Assembly (NCBI GenBank): GCA_035651755.1
Contig: DASRFA010000018.1
Location: forward strand, 32,138-96,137
From: Candidatus Binatia bacterium
GTDB lineage: Bacteria > Desulfobacterota > Binatia > UBA12015
Direction: 5' to 3'
DNA: 64,000 nucleotides
Shown here piece by piece: positions 41,279 through 49,710 of this stretch; within the stretch, counting starts at the first letter, position 1; each line of letters opens with the position of its first letter. Under the pieces are notes generated by a model that saw nothing but the letters and a program-made list of their open reading frames with translations, made no database searches and had not been told where the DNA came from. The translations under genes were made by a program, and so were the position numbers.

Positions 41279-42694
41279 ATGCTCGCATCGATTCGGCGCG
41301 CGTCGTGTGCGCTCGCAATGGCGTGGGTCTGCTGCTGGACGACCGACGCCCTCGCACAGATCGCCAACCCTTTCCCGCGCGTCATCCGGAAAAGCGCGAT
41401 CCGCGTCAAGCTGGAGACGCTGGCGTCCGGCCTCACCGCGCCGGTGGAAGGCGTCGTCGCGCCGGGCGACTCGGCGCGCCTCTTCGTGGTCGACCAGGCC
41501 GGCAAGCTGTGGGCGATCGACACGGCGACCGGCACGAAGACCGTCTTCCTCGACGTGTCGTCGCGCCTCGTGTCGCTCGGCGTCTTCGGCGCGAACACCT
41601 TCGACGAGCGCGGCTTCCTCGGGACGGCCTTCCACCCCGACTACCAGACCAACGGGCTGCTCTACACGTTCACGTCCGAGCCGCCGGCCGGCCCGGCCGA
41701 CTTCTCTACGCTCCCGATGGGCGCCACGACCGACACGCAGAGCGTCGTCACGGAGTGGCACGTGCCGGACCCAGGCAATCCGGCTTCGGTCGTCGACACG
41801 ACGAGCGCGCGCGAGCTGCTGCGCATCGACAAGCCGCAGTTCAACCACAACGGCGGCGACCTCGAGTTCGGGCCGGACGGCAAGCTGTACGTCTCGCTCG
41901 GCGACGGCGGCGGCGCCGACGACCAGGACGGCGAGCCCTTCATCGGCGGTCCGACGGTCGGCCACGGCGCGAACGGCAACGGCCAGAACCCGGGTGTCGT
42001 GCTCGGAAAGATCCTGCGCATCGACCCGCTCGGCACGAGCTCCGCGAACGGGAGCTACGGGATCCCCGCCGACAACCCGTTCGTCGGACAGCCCGGCGTC
42101 GTTCCCGAGATCTTCGCGCTCGGGCTCCGGAATCCATTCCGCATGTCGTTCGACTCCGCGACCGGGGCGCTCTACGCGGGCGACGCGGGTCAGAACGCGG
42201 TGGAGGAGGTCGACGTCATCGTCGCCGGCGGCAACTACGGCTGGCGCCTCGAGGAGGGATCGTTCTTCTTCGATCCGAACGGCACCGGCCCGGGCTTCGT
42301 GACGAGCGTCGATCCCGGCGTCCCCGCCGGCCTGCGCGATCCGGTCGCGGAGTACGATCACGACGAGGGGATCGCGGTCCTCGGCGGCTTCGTGTATCGC
42401 GGCAGCGAGATCCGCGCGCTGCGCGGCCGATACGTGTTCGGCGACTTCGCGAAGACCTTCAACAACGACGGGCGGCTGTTCGTGCTGAAGAAGAAGGACA
42501 TCGTGCGACCCAACGGCAAGATCGCGAAGAGCGCGATCGCGGAGCTCCGCCTCGTCGACCAGGCCGCCCTCGGGCTCTCGCTCCTCGGCTTCGGTCGCGA
42601 TGCGGCCGGCGAGCTCTACGTCCTCGGCAGCGGGACGGGCGTTCCGTTCGGGACGACGGGCGTGGTACTCCGGATCGCACCCGCGAACTCGTGA
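41279..42694 (+). CDS. PQQ-dependent soluble sugar (glucose/sorbosone) dehydrogenase, secreted
   Basis: GGAGGGAG RBS before ATG 41279 and a signal peptide. Motifs: ERGFLGTAFHPDY, FNHNGGDLEFGPDGKLYVSLGDGG, GLRNPFRMSFD and GNYGWR. Confidence 0.85.
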   Translation: MLASIRRASCALAMAWVCCWTTDALAQIANPFPRVIRKSAIRVKLETLASGLTAPVEGVVAPGDSARLFVVDQAGKLWAIDTATGTKTVFLDVSSRLVSLGVFGANTFDERGFLGTAFHPDYQTNGLLYTFTSEPPAGPADFSTLPMGATTDTQSVVTEWHVPDPGNPASVVDTTSARELLRIDKPQFNHNGGDLEFGPDGKLYVSLGDGGGADDQDGEPFIGGPTVGHGANGNGQNPGVVLGKILRIDPLGTSSANGSYGIPADNPFVGQPGVVPEIFALGLRNPFRMSFDSATGALYAGDAGQNAVEEVDVIVAGGNYGWRLEEGSFFFDPNGTGPGFVTSVDPGVPAGLRDPVAEYDHDEGIAVLGGFVYRGSEIRALRGRYVFGDFAKTFNNDGRLFVLKKKDIVRPNGKIAKSAIAELRLVDQAALGLSLLGFGRDAAGELYVLGSGTGVPFGTTGVVLRIAPANS

Positions 42695-42714
42695 TCCGGG
42701 AGGACGTGACCGAC

Positions 42715-43506
42715 ATGCGCTCGAAACGATCGGCCGCACGCACGCTGGCGGCGATGACCGTCGCGGCGCTCGCCGCCTCGCTCGGCTGGCCCGCGCCGGC
42801 GCTCGCCGCCAAGTGCGAACCCGCGGGCGCCGACGCGACCCCGATCGCCGACGCGCGCGCGGCGATCGACGCGACGTGCGACTGCACCGGGTCGCCGACG
42901 CACGGCACGTACGTCAAGTGCGCGTCGGGCGTCATCCTCGGCCGCATCGTCGCGCTCCAGCTCAATCCCGCCTGCAAGGGCACCGTGCAGCGCTGCGCTG
43001 CGAAGTCGACGTGCGGGAAGCCGGGCGCCGTCGTCTGCTGCAAGACGAACTCGAAGGGCGTGACCAAGAGCGCGATCGCGAGCGATCCGGGACACTGCAA
43101 GCCGCCCGCCGGCGGCTCGGCGTGCGCGAGCACGTTCACGAGCGCGTGCGACGCGTGCGTCCCGGGCGGCTGTGCGATCGGCACCGTCAGCTTCGCGAAC
43201 CACGTGCAGCCGATCTTCACCGATCGCTGCACCACGTCCGGCTGCCACAGCGGCGACTTCCCGGCGCAGGGCATGCTGCTCACCGCGGGCGCCTCCTACG
43301 CCAACATCGTCAACGTGCCGAACCTGGAGGTGCCCGGCCTCGACCGCGTCGAACCCGGCGACACCGCGAACAGCTACCTCTGGATGAAGGTCACGGGCGC
43401 CCCCGGGATCTCGGGCGGCCGGATGCCGCTCTTCGGCGGGCCGCTCACGAGCTCGGAGATCGGCCTCATCACCGGCTGGATCCAGCAGGGCGCGGCCGAC
43501 AACTGA
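42715..43506 (+). CDS. secreted Cys-rich protein with a C-terminal planctomycete-cytochrome-c-like (PSCyt1-like) domain
   Basis: C-terminal part of ORF 41236..43506, with ATG 42715 and a signal peptide. The N-terminal half holds about 16 Cys residues. The C-terminal half (FANHVQPIFTDRCTTSGCHSG...EPGDTANSYLWMKV...RMP...LTSSEIGLITGWIQQGA) mirrors the PSCyt1 pattern, but with C-x4-CH instead of CxxCH. Confidence 0.65.
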   Translation: MRSKRSAARTLAAMTVAALAASLGWPAPALAAKCEPAGADATPIADARAAIDATCDCTGSPTHGTYVKCASGVILGRIVALQLNPACKGTVQRCAAKSTCGKPGAVVCCKTNSKGVTKSAIASDPGHCKPPAGGSACASTFTSACDACVPGGCAIGTVSFANHVQPIFTDRCTTSGCHSGDFPAQGMLLTAGASYANIVNVPNLEVPGLDRVEPGDTANSYLWMKVTGAPGISGGRMPLFGGPLTSSEIGLITGWIQQGAADN

Positions 43507-43514
43507 CGTTTCAA

Positions 43515-43562
43515 CGAGGGGATCTCTCCCCTCGCACCGTCGGGCAAAGCCCGCCGGGCCCC
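43515..43562 (+). repeat. multi-hairpin repeat, short copy (hairpins 1 and 2)
   Basis: CGAGGGGATCTCTCCCCTCG (8-bp stem) is followed by CCGTCGGGCAAAGCCCGCCGG. Confidence 0.8.
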
Positions 43563-43573
43563 AAGTTGTCGAA

Positions 43574-43667
43574 CGAGGGGATCGCTCCCCTCGCCCCGTT
43601 CGGGCAAAGCCGAACGGGGCCCCACTCCCCGGCTCGCTTCGCTCGGCCGCGCGCAAGCGCGGCCGAG
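43574..43667 (+). repeat. multi-hairpin repeat, full-length copy (three hairpins)
   Basis: Four parts in order: CGAGGGGATCGCTCCCCTCG, then CCCCGTTCGGGCAAAGCCGAACGGGG, then the CCCCACTCCCCGGCTCGCTTCG linker, then CTCGGCCGCGC-GCAA-GCGCGGCCGAG (11-bp stem, GNRA loop). Confidence 0.8.
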
Positions 43668-43731
43668 TAGAGGTTGACCCGATGCGGACCGACCGTTGCC
43701 TGCGGCGATCCTTTCGGCGTAGACGGCAACG

Positions 43732-44496
43732 GTGTCCGCCGCGCCGGCATCGTTTCGCGCCCGCCTTGCGGCCGGCGAGCGGCTCGTCGGCTCGATCGTC
43801 ACGCTGCCGCTCGCGGGCGTCGCCGAGATCGTCGCCGACGCGGGCTTCGACTGGCTCTGGATCGACATGGAGCACGGCCCGCTCGATCTGCTGCACGTCG
43901 AGGCGATGGTGCGCGCACGCGGCTCGTCCGCGGCGATCGTGCGCGCGCCCGCGAACGACCCGGTCTGGATCAAGCGCATCCTCGACACCGGCTGCGACGG
44001 CATCATCCTGCCGCACGTGAGCAGCGCGGCCGAGGCGCGCGCCGCGGTCGAGTCCGCGTTCTACCCGCCGCGCGGCAAGCGCAGCTTCGGGGTGGCGCGC
44101 GCGCACGGCTACGGGCCGCGCATGAACGAGTACTTGACGTCGTCGCCGCACGAGACCGCCGTCCTCGTGCAGATCGAGAGCGCACGCGCGGTCGAGAACG
44201 CCGACGAGATCCTCGCGACCGACGGCGTCGACGCGGCGGTGATCGGCCCTTTCGATCTTTCGGGCAGCCTGGGCCGGCTCGGAGATGTCGGGCATCCGGA
44301 CGTGGTCGCGGCGATCGACGCGGTCGCGAGCGCAGGGCGTACGCACGGCACCCCGGTCGGGATCTTCTGCGGCAGCGCGGACACGGCGCGCGGGTACCTG
44401 GCGCGCGGCTTCTCCCCGGTCGCCGTCGGCGTCGACTGCATGCTGCTCGCGGACGCGGCCCGCTCGCTGCGGCGCTCGCTCGACGCGGGCGGCTAG
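43732..44496 (+). CDS. HpcH/HpaI-family 2-keto-3-deoxy-sugar-acid aldolase
   Basis: The start is GTG. Motifs: DAGFDWLWIDMEHGP, RAP...PVWIKRILDTGCDGIILPHV and YPPRGKRS. Confidence 0.85.
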   Translation: MSAAPASFRARLAAGERLVGSIVTLPLAGVAEIVADAGFDWLWIDMEHGPLDLLHVEAMVRARGSSAAIVRAPANDPVWIKRILDTGCDGIILPHVSSAAEARAAVESAFYPPRGKRSFGVARAHGYGPRMNEYLTSSPHETAVLVQIESARAVENADEILATDGVDAAVIGPFDLSGSLGRLGDVGHPDVVAAIDAVASAGRTHGTPVGIFCGSADTARGYLARGFSPVAVGVDCMLLADAARSLRRSLDAGG

Positions 44497-44502
44497 GAGA
44501 AT

Positions 44503-44587
44503 GACTCGAGACGCGAGCGAAGCGAGCCCGCGGGGAGCGGGGCCCCGTTCGGCTTGGCCGAACGGGGCGAGGGGAGCGATCCCCTCG
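44503..44587 (-). repeat. multi-hairpin repeat, inverted copy
   Basis: Its reverse complement aligns at about 90% identity (by eye) to 43574-43651. It includes CCCCGTTCGGCTTGGCCGAACGGGG and CGAGGGGAGCGATCCCCTCG. Confidence 0.8.
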
Positions 44588-45585
44588 TGAATTTGTCCGA
44601 ACGTCGCGCACGGCTCGGAGCGAGCGACGTCGAGGTGACGCGCCTCGGGTTCGGCGCGGCCCCGATCGGAAACCTCTTCGCACCGGTCGCCGACCGCGAC
44701 GCCGCCGGCGCGGTGGACGCCGCGTGGCGCTCCGGCATTCGCTTCTTCGACACGGCCCCCCTCTACGGCCACGGGCTCTCCGAGAAGCGGATCGGTGCCG
44801 CCCTCCGGGCGCACCGGCGCGAGGAGTTCGTTCTCGCGACCAAGGTCGGCCGCCTCCTCGTTCCCGACGAGTCCCCGCCCGACCACGGCTTCGTGGAGAC
44901 GTCGCCCTTCCGCCCGGTCTTCGACTTCTCCTTCGACGCCACCCTGCGCGCGCTCGACGAGAGCCTCGCGCGCCTCGGCACGGACCGCGTCGACGTGCTC
45001 CACGTGCACGATCCCGACGACCACGTCGACGATGCGCTCCGCGGCGCGTTCCGCGCGCTCCGGCGCCTCCGCGACGACCGCGTGGTGCGCGCGATCGGGG
45101 GCGGCATGAACCGCTCCGCGCCGCTCGCCCGCTTCGTGCGCGAGGCGGGCGTCGACTGCGTGCTGCTCGCGGGCCGCTACACCCTGCTCGACCAGTCGGC
45201 GCTCGACGACCTCCTGCCCGCGTGCGTCGCGAGCGGCGTGAGCGTGATCGCGGGCGGCGTCTTCAACAGCGGGCTCCTCGCCGATCCGTCGCCGCGCGCG
45301 ACCTACGACTACGCGCCCGCGCCGCCGCCGCTCGTGGCGCGTGCGCGCCGACTGGCGGCGGTCTGCGCGCGGCACGGCGTCGACCTGAAGGCCGCGGCGC
45401 TCCGCTTCCCGCGCGCGCACCCTGCCGTCGCGTGCGTGCTGACGGGGGCGCGCACGGCGGCCGAGATGGCGCAGAACGCGCGTCTCTTCGCGGCGCCGAT
45501 CCCGCTCGCTCTGTGGGACGACCTCCGTCGCGAGCGGCTGCTCGACGACCGGGCGCCGACGCCCGAGGCGGAGCGCGAGCCGTGA
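44587..45585 (+). CDS. aldo/keto reductase (L-fucose / D-threo-aldose 1-dehydrogenase-like)
   Basis: Motifs FDTAPLYGHGLSEKRIG and VLHVHDPD. The ORF-track start at 44554 lies inside the repeat, so I prefer GTG 44587 or TTG 44593, just past the hairpin. The start remains uncertain. Confidence 0.8.
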   Translation: MNLSERRARLGASDVEVTRLGFGAAPIGNLFAPVADRDAAGAVDAAWRSGIRFFDTAPLYGHGLSEKRIGAALRAHRREEFVLATKVGRLLVPDESPPDHGFVETSPFRPVFDFSFDATLRALDESLARLGTDRVDVLHVHDPDDHVDDALRGAFRALRRLRDDRVVRAIGGGMNRSAPLARFVREAGVDCVLLAGRYTLLDQSALDDLLPACVASGVSVIAGGVFNSGLLADPSPRATYDYAPAPPPLVARARRLAAVCARHGVDLKAAALRFPRAHPAVACVLTGARTAAEMAQNARLFAAPIPLALWDDLRRERLLDDRAPTPEAEREP

Positions 45586-46670
45586 CGGCCCTCCGCGTCG
45601 CCCTCGTCGGCGGGCCGATGTACGACCCGATGTACGCGCTCCTCGAGGGCGTCGACGTCGAGGTCGCCGTGCACGCCGACCACCCGGCGCTCAACCGGCG
45701 CGTCGCCGAGCTGCTGTCGCGCGGCGAGCGGCTCGACCTGATCTCGACGCACGCGAAGTACGCGCCGTCGCAGGCGCGCTGGCTCCGCCCGCTCGACGAC
45801 CTCGTCGATCCGACGCTGCTCCGGGAGCTCGCGCCGCGCGCGGTCGCGCTCTGCCGCTTCGGCGGCCAGCTCCTCTGCGTGCCGCGGAACGTCGACGTGC
45901 GCGTGCTCTGGGTGCGCGCGGACCTGGTCGCGACGCCGCCCGACACCTGGGCCGACGTGCGCGCGAGCGGCCGGAGCTTCGGCTTCCCCGGCCGCGAGTC
46001 CGGGCTCTTCGGGACGTTCTTCGAGCTCGTCGTCGGCGAAGGAGGACGCCTCTTCGACGATCGCGGTCGGCCGACGATCGCGACCGCGGAGGCGGAGCGC
46101 GCCGTCGGGACCCTGTGCGCGCTCGCGGCGACCGCGCCGCCGGACCTCGTCGACTGGCACTACGACCAGGTGGACGCGGCGCTGCTCGACGGTCGCGTGG
46201 CGATGGCGGCGGCGTGGCCGGGAGCGTACGGACCCATCCGGCGGTCCGCGCGCTACGCGCAGCTCGTGCCCGCGGCGTACCCCGCGGGCCCGCGCGGGCG
46301 CTTCACGTACGCCGGCGCGCACGCTTGGGCGATCCCGACGACCTGCGGCGACGTCGGGCGCGCGGTCGAGCTCCTGCACCGGCTCGCGGGCGCGGAGGCG
46401 GCGCGCCGCGAGCTCGCGAACGGCGGCGTGCCGGCGCACGCGGCGACCTTCGCGAGCGCGGAGCCGGTCGACGCGAAGGACGCCCGGCGCCTCGAGCTCA
46501 CGCGCGCCGCGATCGAGGAGCAGATGATCACGTACCCGCCGCACGCGTCGTTCCCGGCGCTCGAGGACGCGGGCTGGTCGGCGATCCGCGACGCGCTCCG
46601 CGGTGCGTGCACCCCGGCCGAGGCGGTGCGGCGCGTGCAGGCGGTCGCGGAGGAGGTGCTCGCCGCATGA
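45582..46670 (+). CDS. solute-binding-protein (SBP family 1)-like protein without a signal peptide
   Basis: C-terminal part of ORF 44724..46670. The GTG at 45582 overlaps the upstream stop (GTGA), and the downstream ATG overlaps its own stop (ATGA). The body resembles ABC sugar-binding proteins. The N-terminus (M)TALRVALVGGPMYD has no signal peptide or lipobox. Confidence 0.65.
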   Translation: MTALRVALVGGPMYDPMYALLEGVDVEVAVHADHPALNRRVAELLSRGERLDLISTHAKYAPSQARWLRPLDDLVDPTLLRELAPRAVALCRFGGQLLCVPRNVDVRVLWVRADLVATPPDTWADVRASGRSFGFPGRESGLFGTFFELVVGEGGRLFDDRGRPTIATAEAERAVGTLCALAATAPPDLVDWHYDQVDAALLDGRVAMAAAWPGAYGPIRRSARYAQLVPAAYPAGPRGRFTYAGAHAWAIPTTCGDVGRAVELLHRLAGAEAARRELANGGVPAHAATFASAEPVDAKDARRLELTRAAIEEQMITYPPHASFPALEDAGWSAIRDALRGACTPAEAVRRVQAVAEEVLAA

Positions 46671-47971
46671 GGATCCGCGACATCGAGACCGCCGACGTCC
46701 GGTTTCCGACGTCGCGCACGCTCGCCGGCTCGGACGCGATGCACCCCGACCCCGATTACTCGGCGGCGTACGCGATCGTGCGCGTGGACGGCGCCGGCTC
46801 CGGTGCACACTCCGGCCACGGCCTCGCGTTCACGATCGGGCGCGGGAACGAGATCGTCGTCGCGGCGATCGAGGCGCTCCGACCGCTGGTCGTCGGTCGG
46901 GAGCTCGAGGACGTGTTCTCCGACATGGGCCGCTTCTCGCGCGCGCTGACGCAGGACGGTCAGCTCCGCTGGATCGGCCCGGAGAAGGGCGCGATCCACA
47001 TGGCGGCGGCCGCAATCCTGAACGCGCTCTGGGACCTGCGCGCGAAGCTCGCCGGGCTGCCGCTCTGGCGGCTCCTCGCCGGGATGACGCCGGACGAGAT
47101 CGTCGCGCTGGTCGACTTCAAGTACTTGACGGACGCGCTGACGCCCGCCGAGGCTCTCGCGATCCTGCGCGAGCGCGCCCCCGGCCGATCGGCGCGCACC
47201 GAACGTCTCGTCGCAGAAGGCGTCGCCGCGTACGTCACGTCGGCCGGCTGGATGGGCTACACGGACGACACCGTGCGAGACCGCTGCGCCGAGGCGCTCG
47301 GGCGCGGCTTCACCCGCTTCAAGATGAAGGTCGGCGGCCCGCCGGACCTCGACGTCGCGCGGGCGCGCCTGGTGCGCTCGCAGATCGGCGCGGACCGCAT
47401 CCTGATGATGGACGCGAACCAGATCTGGGACGTCCCCGAGGCGATCGAGCGCATGCGCGCGCTCGCCGCGTTCGACCCGTACTGGATCGAGGAGCCGACG
47501 AGCCCCGACGACGTCCTCGGCCACCAGGCCATCGCGCGCGCGGTCGCGCCCATCCGGGTCGCGACCGGCGAGATGGCCCAGAACCGCGTGATGTTCAAGC
47601 AGTTCCTCCAGGCCGGCGCGATCGGCGCCTGCCAGATCGACGCCTGCAGGCTCGGCGGCGTGAACGAGGTCCTCGCCGTGCTTCTGCTCGCCGCGAAATT
47701 CGACGTGCCGGTCTGCCCGCACGCGGGCGGCGTCGGCCTCTGCGAGTACGTGCAGCACCTCGCGGCCTTCGACCAGATCGCCGTCGCGCCGAGCCTCGCC
47801 GGTCGCTTCACCGAGTTCGCCGACCACCTCCACGAGCATTTCGTGAACCCCGTGGTCGTCGCGAATGGCGCGTACCGGCTATCCGAGGCCCCGGGCTACG
47901 GCGTCGAGCTACGCGAGGAGAGCGTCCGCGCGCATCTCTTCCCGAGCGGGACCGTCTGGCGCGCCGGCTGA
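46667..47971 (+). CDS. fucD: L-fuconate dehydratase (enolase superfamily, mandelate racemase subgroup)
   Basis: MRIRDIETADVRFPTSRTLAGSDAMHPDPDYSAAYAIV...FTIGRGNE...KMKVG...MDANQIWDV...WIEEPTSPDDVLGH...GGVNE...CPHAGGVGLCE closely follows my recollection of Xanthomonas FucD and ENOSF1. Confidence 0.88.
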   Translation: MRIRDIETADVRFPTSRTLAGSDAMHPDPDYSAAYAIVRVDGAGSGAHSGHGLAFTIGRGNEIVVAAIEALRPLVVGRELEDVFSDMGRFSRALTQDGQLRWIGPEKGAIHMAAAAILNALWDLRAKLAGLPLWRLLAGMTPDEIVALVDFKYLTDALTPAEALAILRERAPGRSARTERLVAEGVAAYVTSAGWMGYTDDTVRDRCAEALGRGFTRFKMKVGGPPDLDVARARLVRSQIGADRILMMDANQIWDVPEAIERMRALAAFDPYWIEEPTSPDDVLGHQAIARAVAPIRVATGEMAQNRVMFKQFLQAGAIGACQIDACRLGGVNEVLAVLLLAAKFDVPVCPHAGGVGLCEYVQHLAAFDQIAVAPSLAGRFTEFADHLHEHFVNPVVVANGAYRLSEAPGYGVELREESVRAHLFPSGTVWRAG

Positions 47972-48067
47972 ACATCGTTCACCGCGCGGAACTCCACCTC
48001 CGGCAAGACCCGCCTCATCACCGGTGTGGTGCCGTTCGCGAAGTCGCGCGGCGGTGGGCGGTCGCGC

Positions 48068-48508
48068 TCAGCCCTCCACCTTGAGGCCGTGGCGACCGCC
48101 CACCTCGGCGAGCTTCCCGAGGTCGGGATTCTGCGGCGCGACCTCCCGAGCCATGTCGGCGAACATCCGCGACGCTCCCAGGCGCGACGTCATCGAGATC
48201 ATCTCGCCGCCGCCCTTCCCGAACCGGAACCAATGGGCGGTGCCCGCGGGAAGATGGACCAGCGTGCCGGGCAGGGCGGTCCTCGACTCCTCGCCGATCC
48301 CGAAATCGATCTCGCCCCGGACGACGTAGAAGGACTCGTCCCACGGATGGCTGTGCGGCGGCGGGCCGCTTCCCTCGGGGCCGCGCTGGAGAAAGATCTC
48401 GTAGCCCTCGGTCGCTTCGCCCGACGCGAGGACGGTGATGTGCTCGCCGACGAGGTCCAGCGCGCGCGGGTAGTCCCGCGGCTCGACGATGAATGGTCTC
48501 ACGGACAT
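48068..48508 (-). CDS. cupin-domain protein
   Basis: PPHSHPWDESFYVVRGE...LPAGTAHWF is the two-motif cupin signature. Confidence 0.8.
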   Translation of the reverse strand: MSVRPFIVEPRDYPRALDLVGEHITVLASGEATEGYEIFLQRGPEGSGPPPHSHPWDESFYVVRGEIDFGIGEESRTALPGTLVHLPAGTAHWFRFGKGGGEMISMTSRLGASRMFADMAREVAPQNPDLGKLAEVGGRHGLKVEG

Positions 48509-48571
48509 GGTCTTGCCCCCGTCCCGCTCCCGCGCGACGCCGTGCGGAAGCGGAGCGTTCTCATCCTCGGT

Positions 48572-49579
48572 TCAGCGCGCCGGTGCGATCGCGCGCAGCA
48601 GCTGCTCGGTCATCTCGAAGGGCACGCCCGTCGGCAGGTTGACGAGCGCGGCGCCCAGCCCGTTCTCGCGCCACTCGGCGAGGCGCTCGCGGCAGAGCTC
48701 GGGCGGGCCGCAGATCGCGATCGAGTCGACGAGATCGTCGCTCACGGCTTCCGCCGCGCGCTTCCGGTCGCTGGAGTTGTAGAGCTCGCGCACCAGGTTC
48801 GCGTTCTCGGCGAAGCCGTACTTGCAGAAGAGCGCGTGGTAGTAGACGCCCATCCCGCCGATGTAGAACGCGACCGTCGGCTTGATCATCGACCTCGCCA
48901 TCGCGAGGTCCTCGAGCGGGATCACGGGCACGAACGCGGCGACCTCGACGGCCGACGCGTCGCGTCCGGCGGCCTTCGCGCCCTCGCGCAGGAGCGCGAT
49001 CCCGTCCTTCAGGTGGCGGTACGGCCAGAAGGTCGGCACCCAGCCGTCGGCGATCTTGCCGACCTCGCGGATCGCGCGCTCCTGGAGCGACGCGACGTAC
49101 ACCGGGATGTCCGGCCGGAGCGGCTTCATCTCGAGCTTGAACTGGCGCGCGTCGAAGAGCGTGCTGAGCTCGGGCGACAGCCGCCCGCCGCGCCAGAGGA
49201 CGCGCAGGATGCCGATCGTCTCGCGCAGACGCGTGAGCGGCTTCTCGTAGGGGACGCCGTGCAGGTTCTCGACGACGTTCTTGCCGCTCGTCCCGAGTCC
49301 CAGGATCGCGCGGCCCTCGGAGATCTCGTCGAGCGTCGCCGCGCTCATCGCGAGCAGCGCCGCCGACCGGCTGAACACGTTCGCGATCCCGGTCGCCACC
49401 CGGATCCGCTTCGTCCGAAGCGCGATTTCCGTCAGCAGCTGGAACTGCTCGTACCCCCACGCCTCCGGAACCCAGACCGAGTCGTACCCCAGCTCCTCCG
49501 CCACCTGCGCCGCCCGCACCACCGCCTTCCGGTCATACTGCTTCCAAAACGGCACGATCCCGAGCTTCGGATACGACAT
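48572..49579 (-). CDS. LLM-class (luciferase-like) flavin/F420-dependent oxidoreductase
   Basis: Motifs AEELGYDSVWVPEAWGYE and AILGLGTSG. It has the length and pattern typical of the LLM family. Confidence 0.85.
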   Translation of the reverse strand: MSYPKLGIVPFWKQYDRKAVVRAAQVAEELGYDSVWVPEAWGYEQFQLLTEIALRTKRIRVATGIANVFSRSAALLAMSAATLDEISEGRAILGLGTSGKNVVENLHGVPYEKPLTRLRETIGILRVLWRGGRLSPELSTLFDARQFKLEMKPLRPDIPVYVASLQERAIREVGKIADGWVPTFWPYRHLKDGIALLREGAKAAGRDASAVEVAAFVPVIPLEDLAMARSMIKPTVAFYIGGMGVYYHALFCKYGFAENANLVRELYNSSDRKRAAEAVSDDLVDSIAICGPPELCRERLAEWRENGLGAALVNLPTGVPFEMTEQLLRAIAPAR

Positions 49580-49647
49580 GGCGACCCTCCGTCGGCACTC
49601 TGCCCCACGGCTCCGACGCGAACAACCGCGCCCACCACCGGCGCCGA

Positions 49648-49710
49648 CCCACTCGCCGACGCAGCCGGAGCCGTGTGTGCGGGCAAGCGAGCGACTGTCG
49701 AGCGAGCGGG
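49648..49710 (+). repeat. second repeat family, direct copy 1
   Basis: CCCACTCGCCGACGCAGCCGGAGCCGTGTGTGCGGGCAAGCGAGCGA... has one mismatch over 47 nt against copy 2. Confidence 0.75.
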
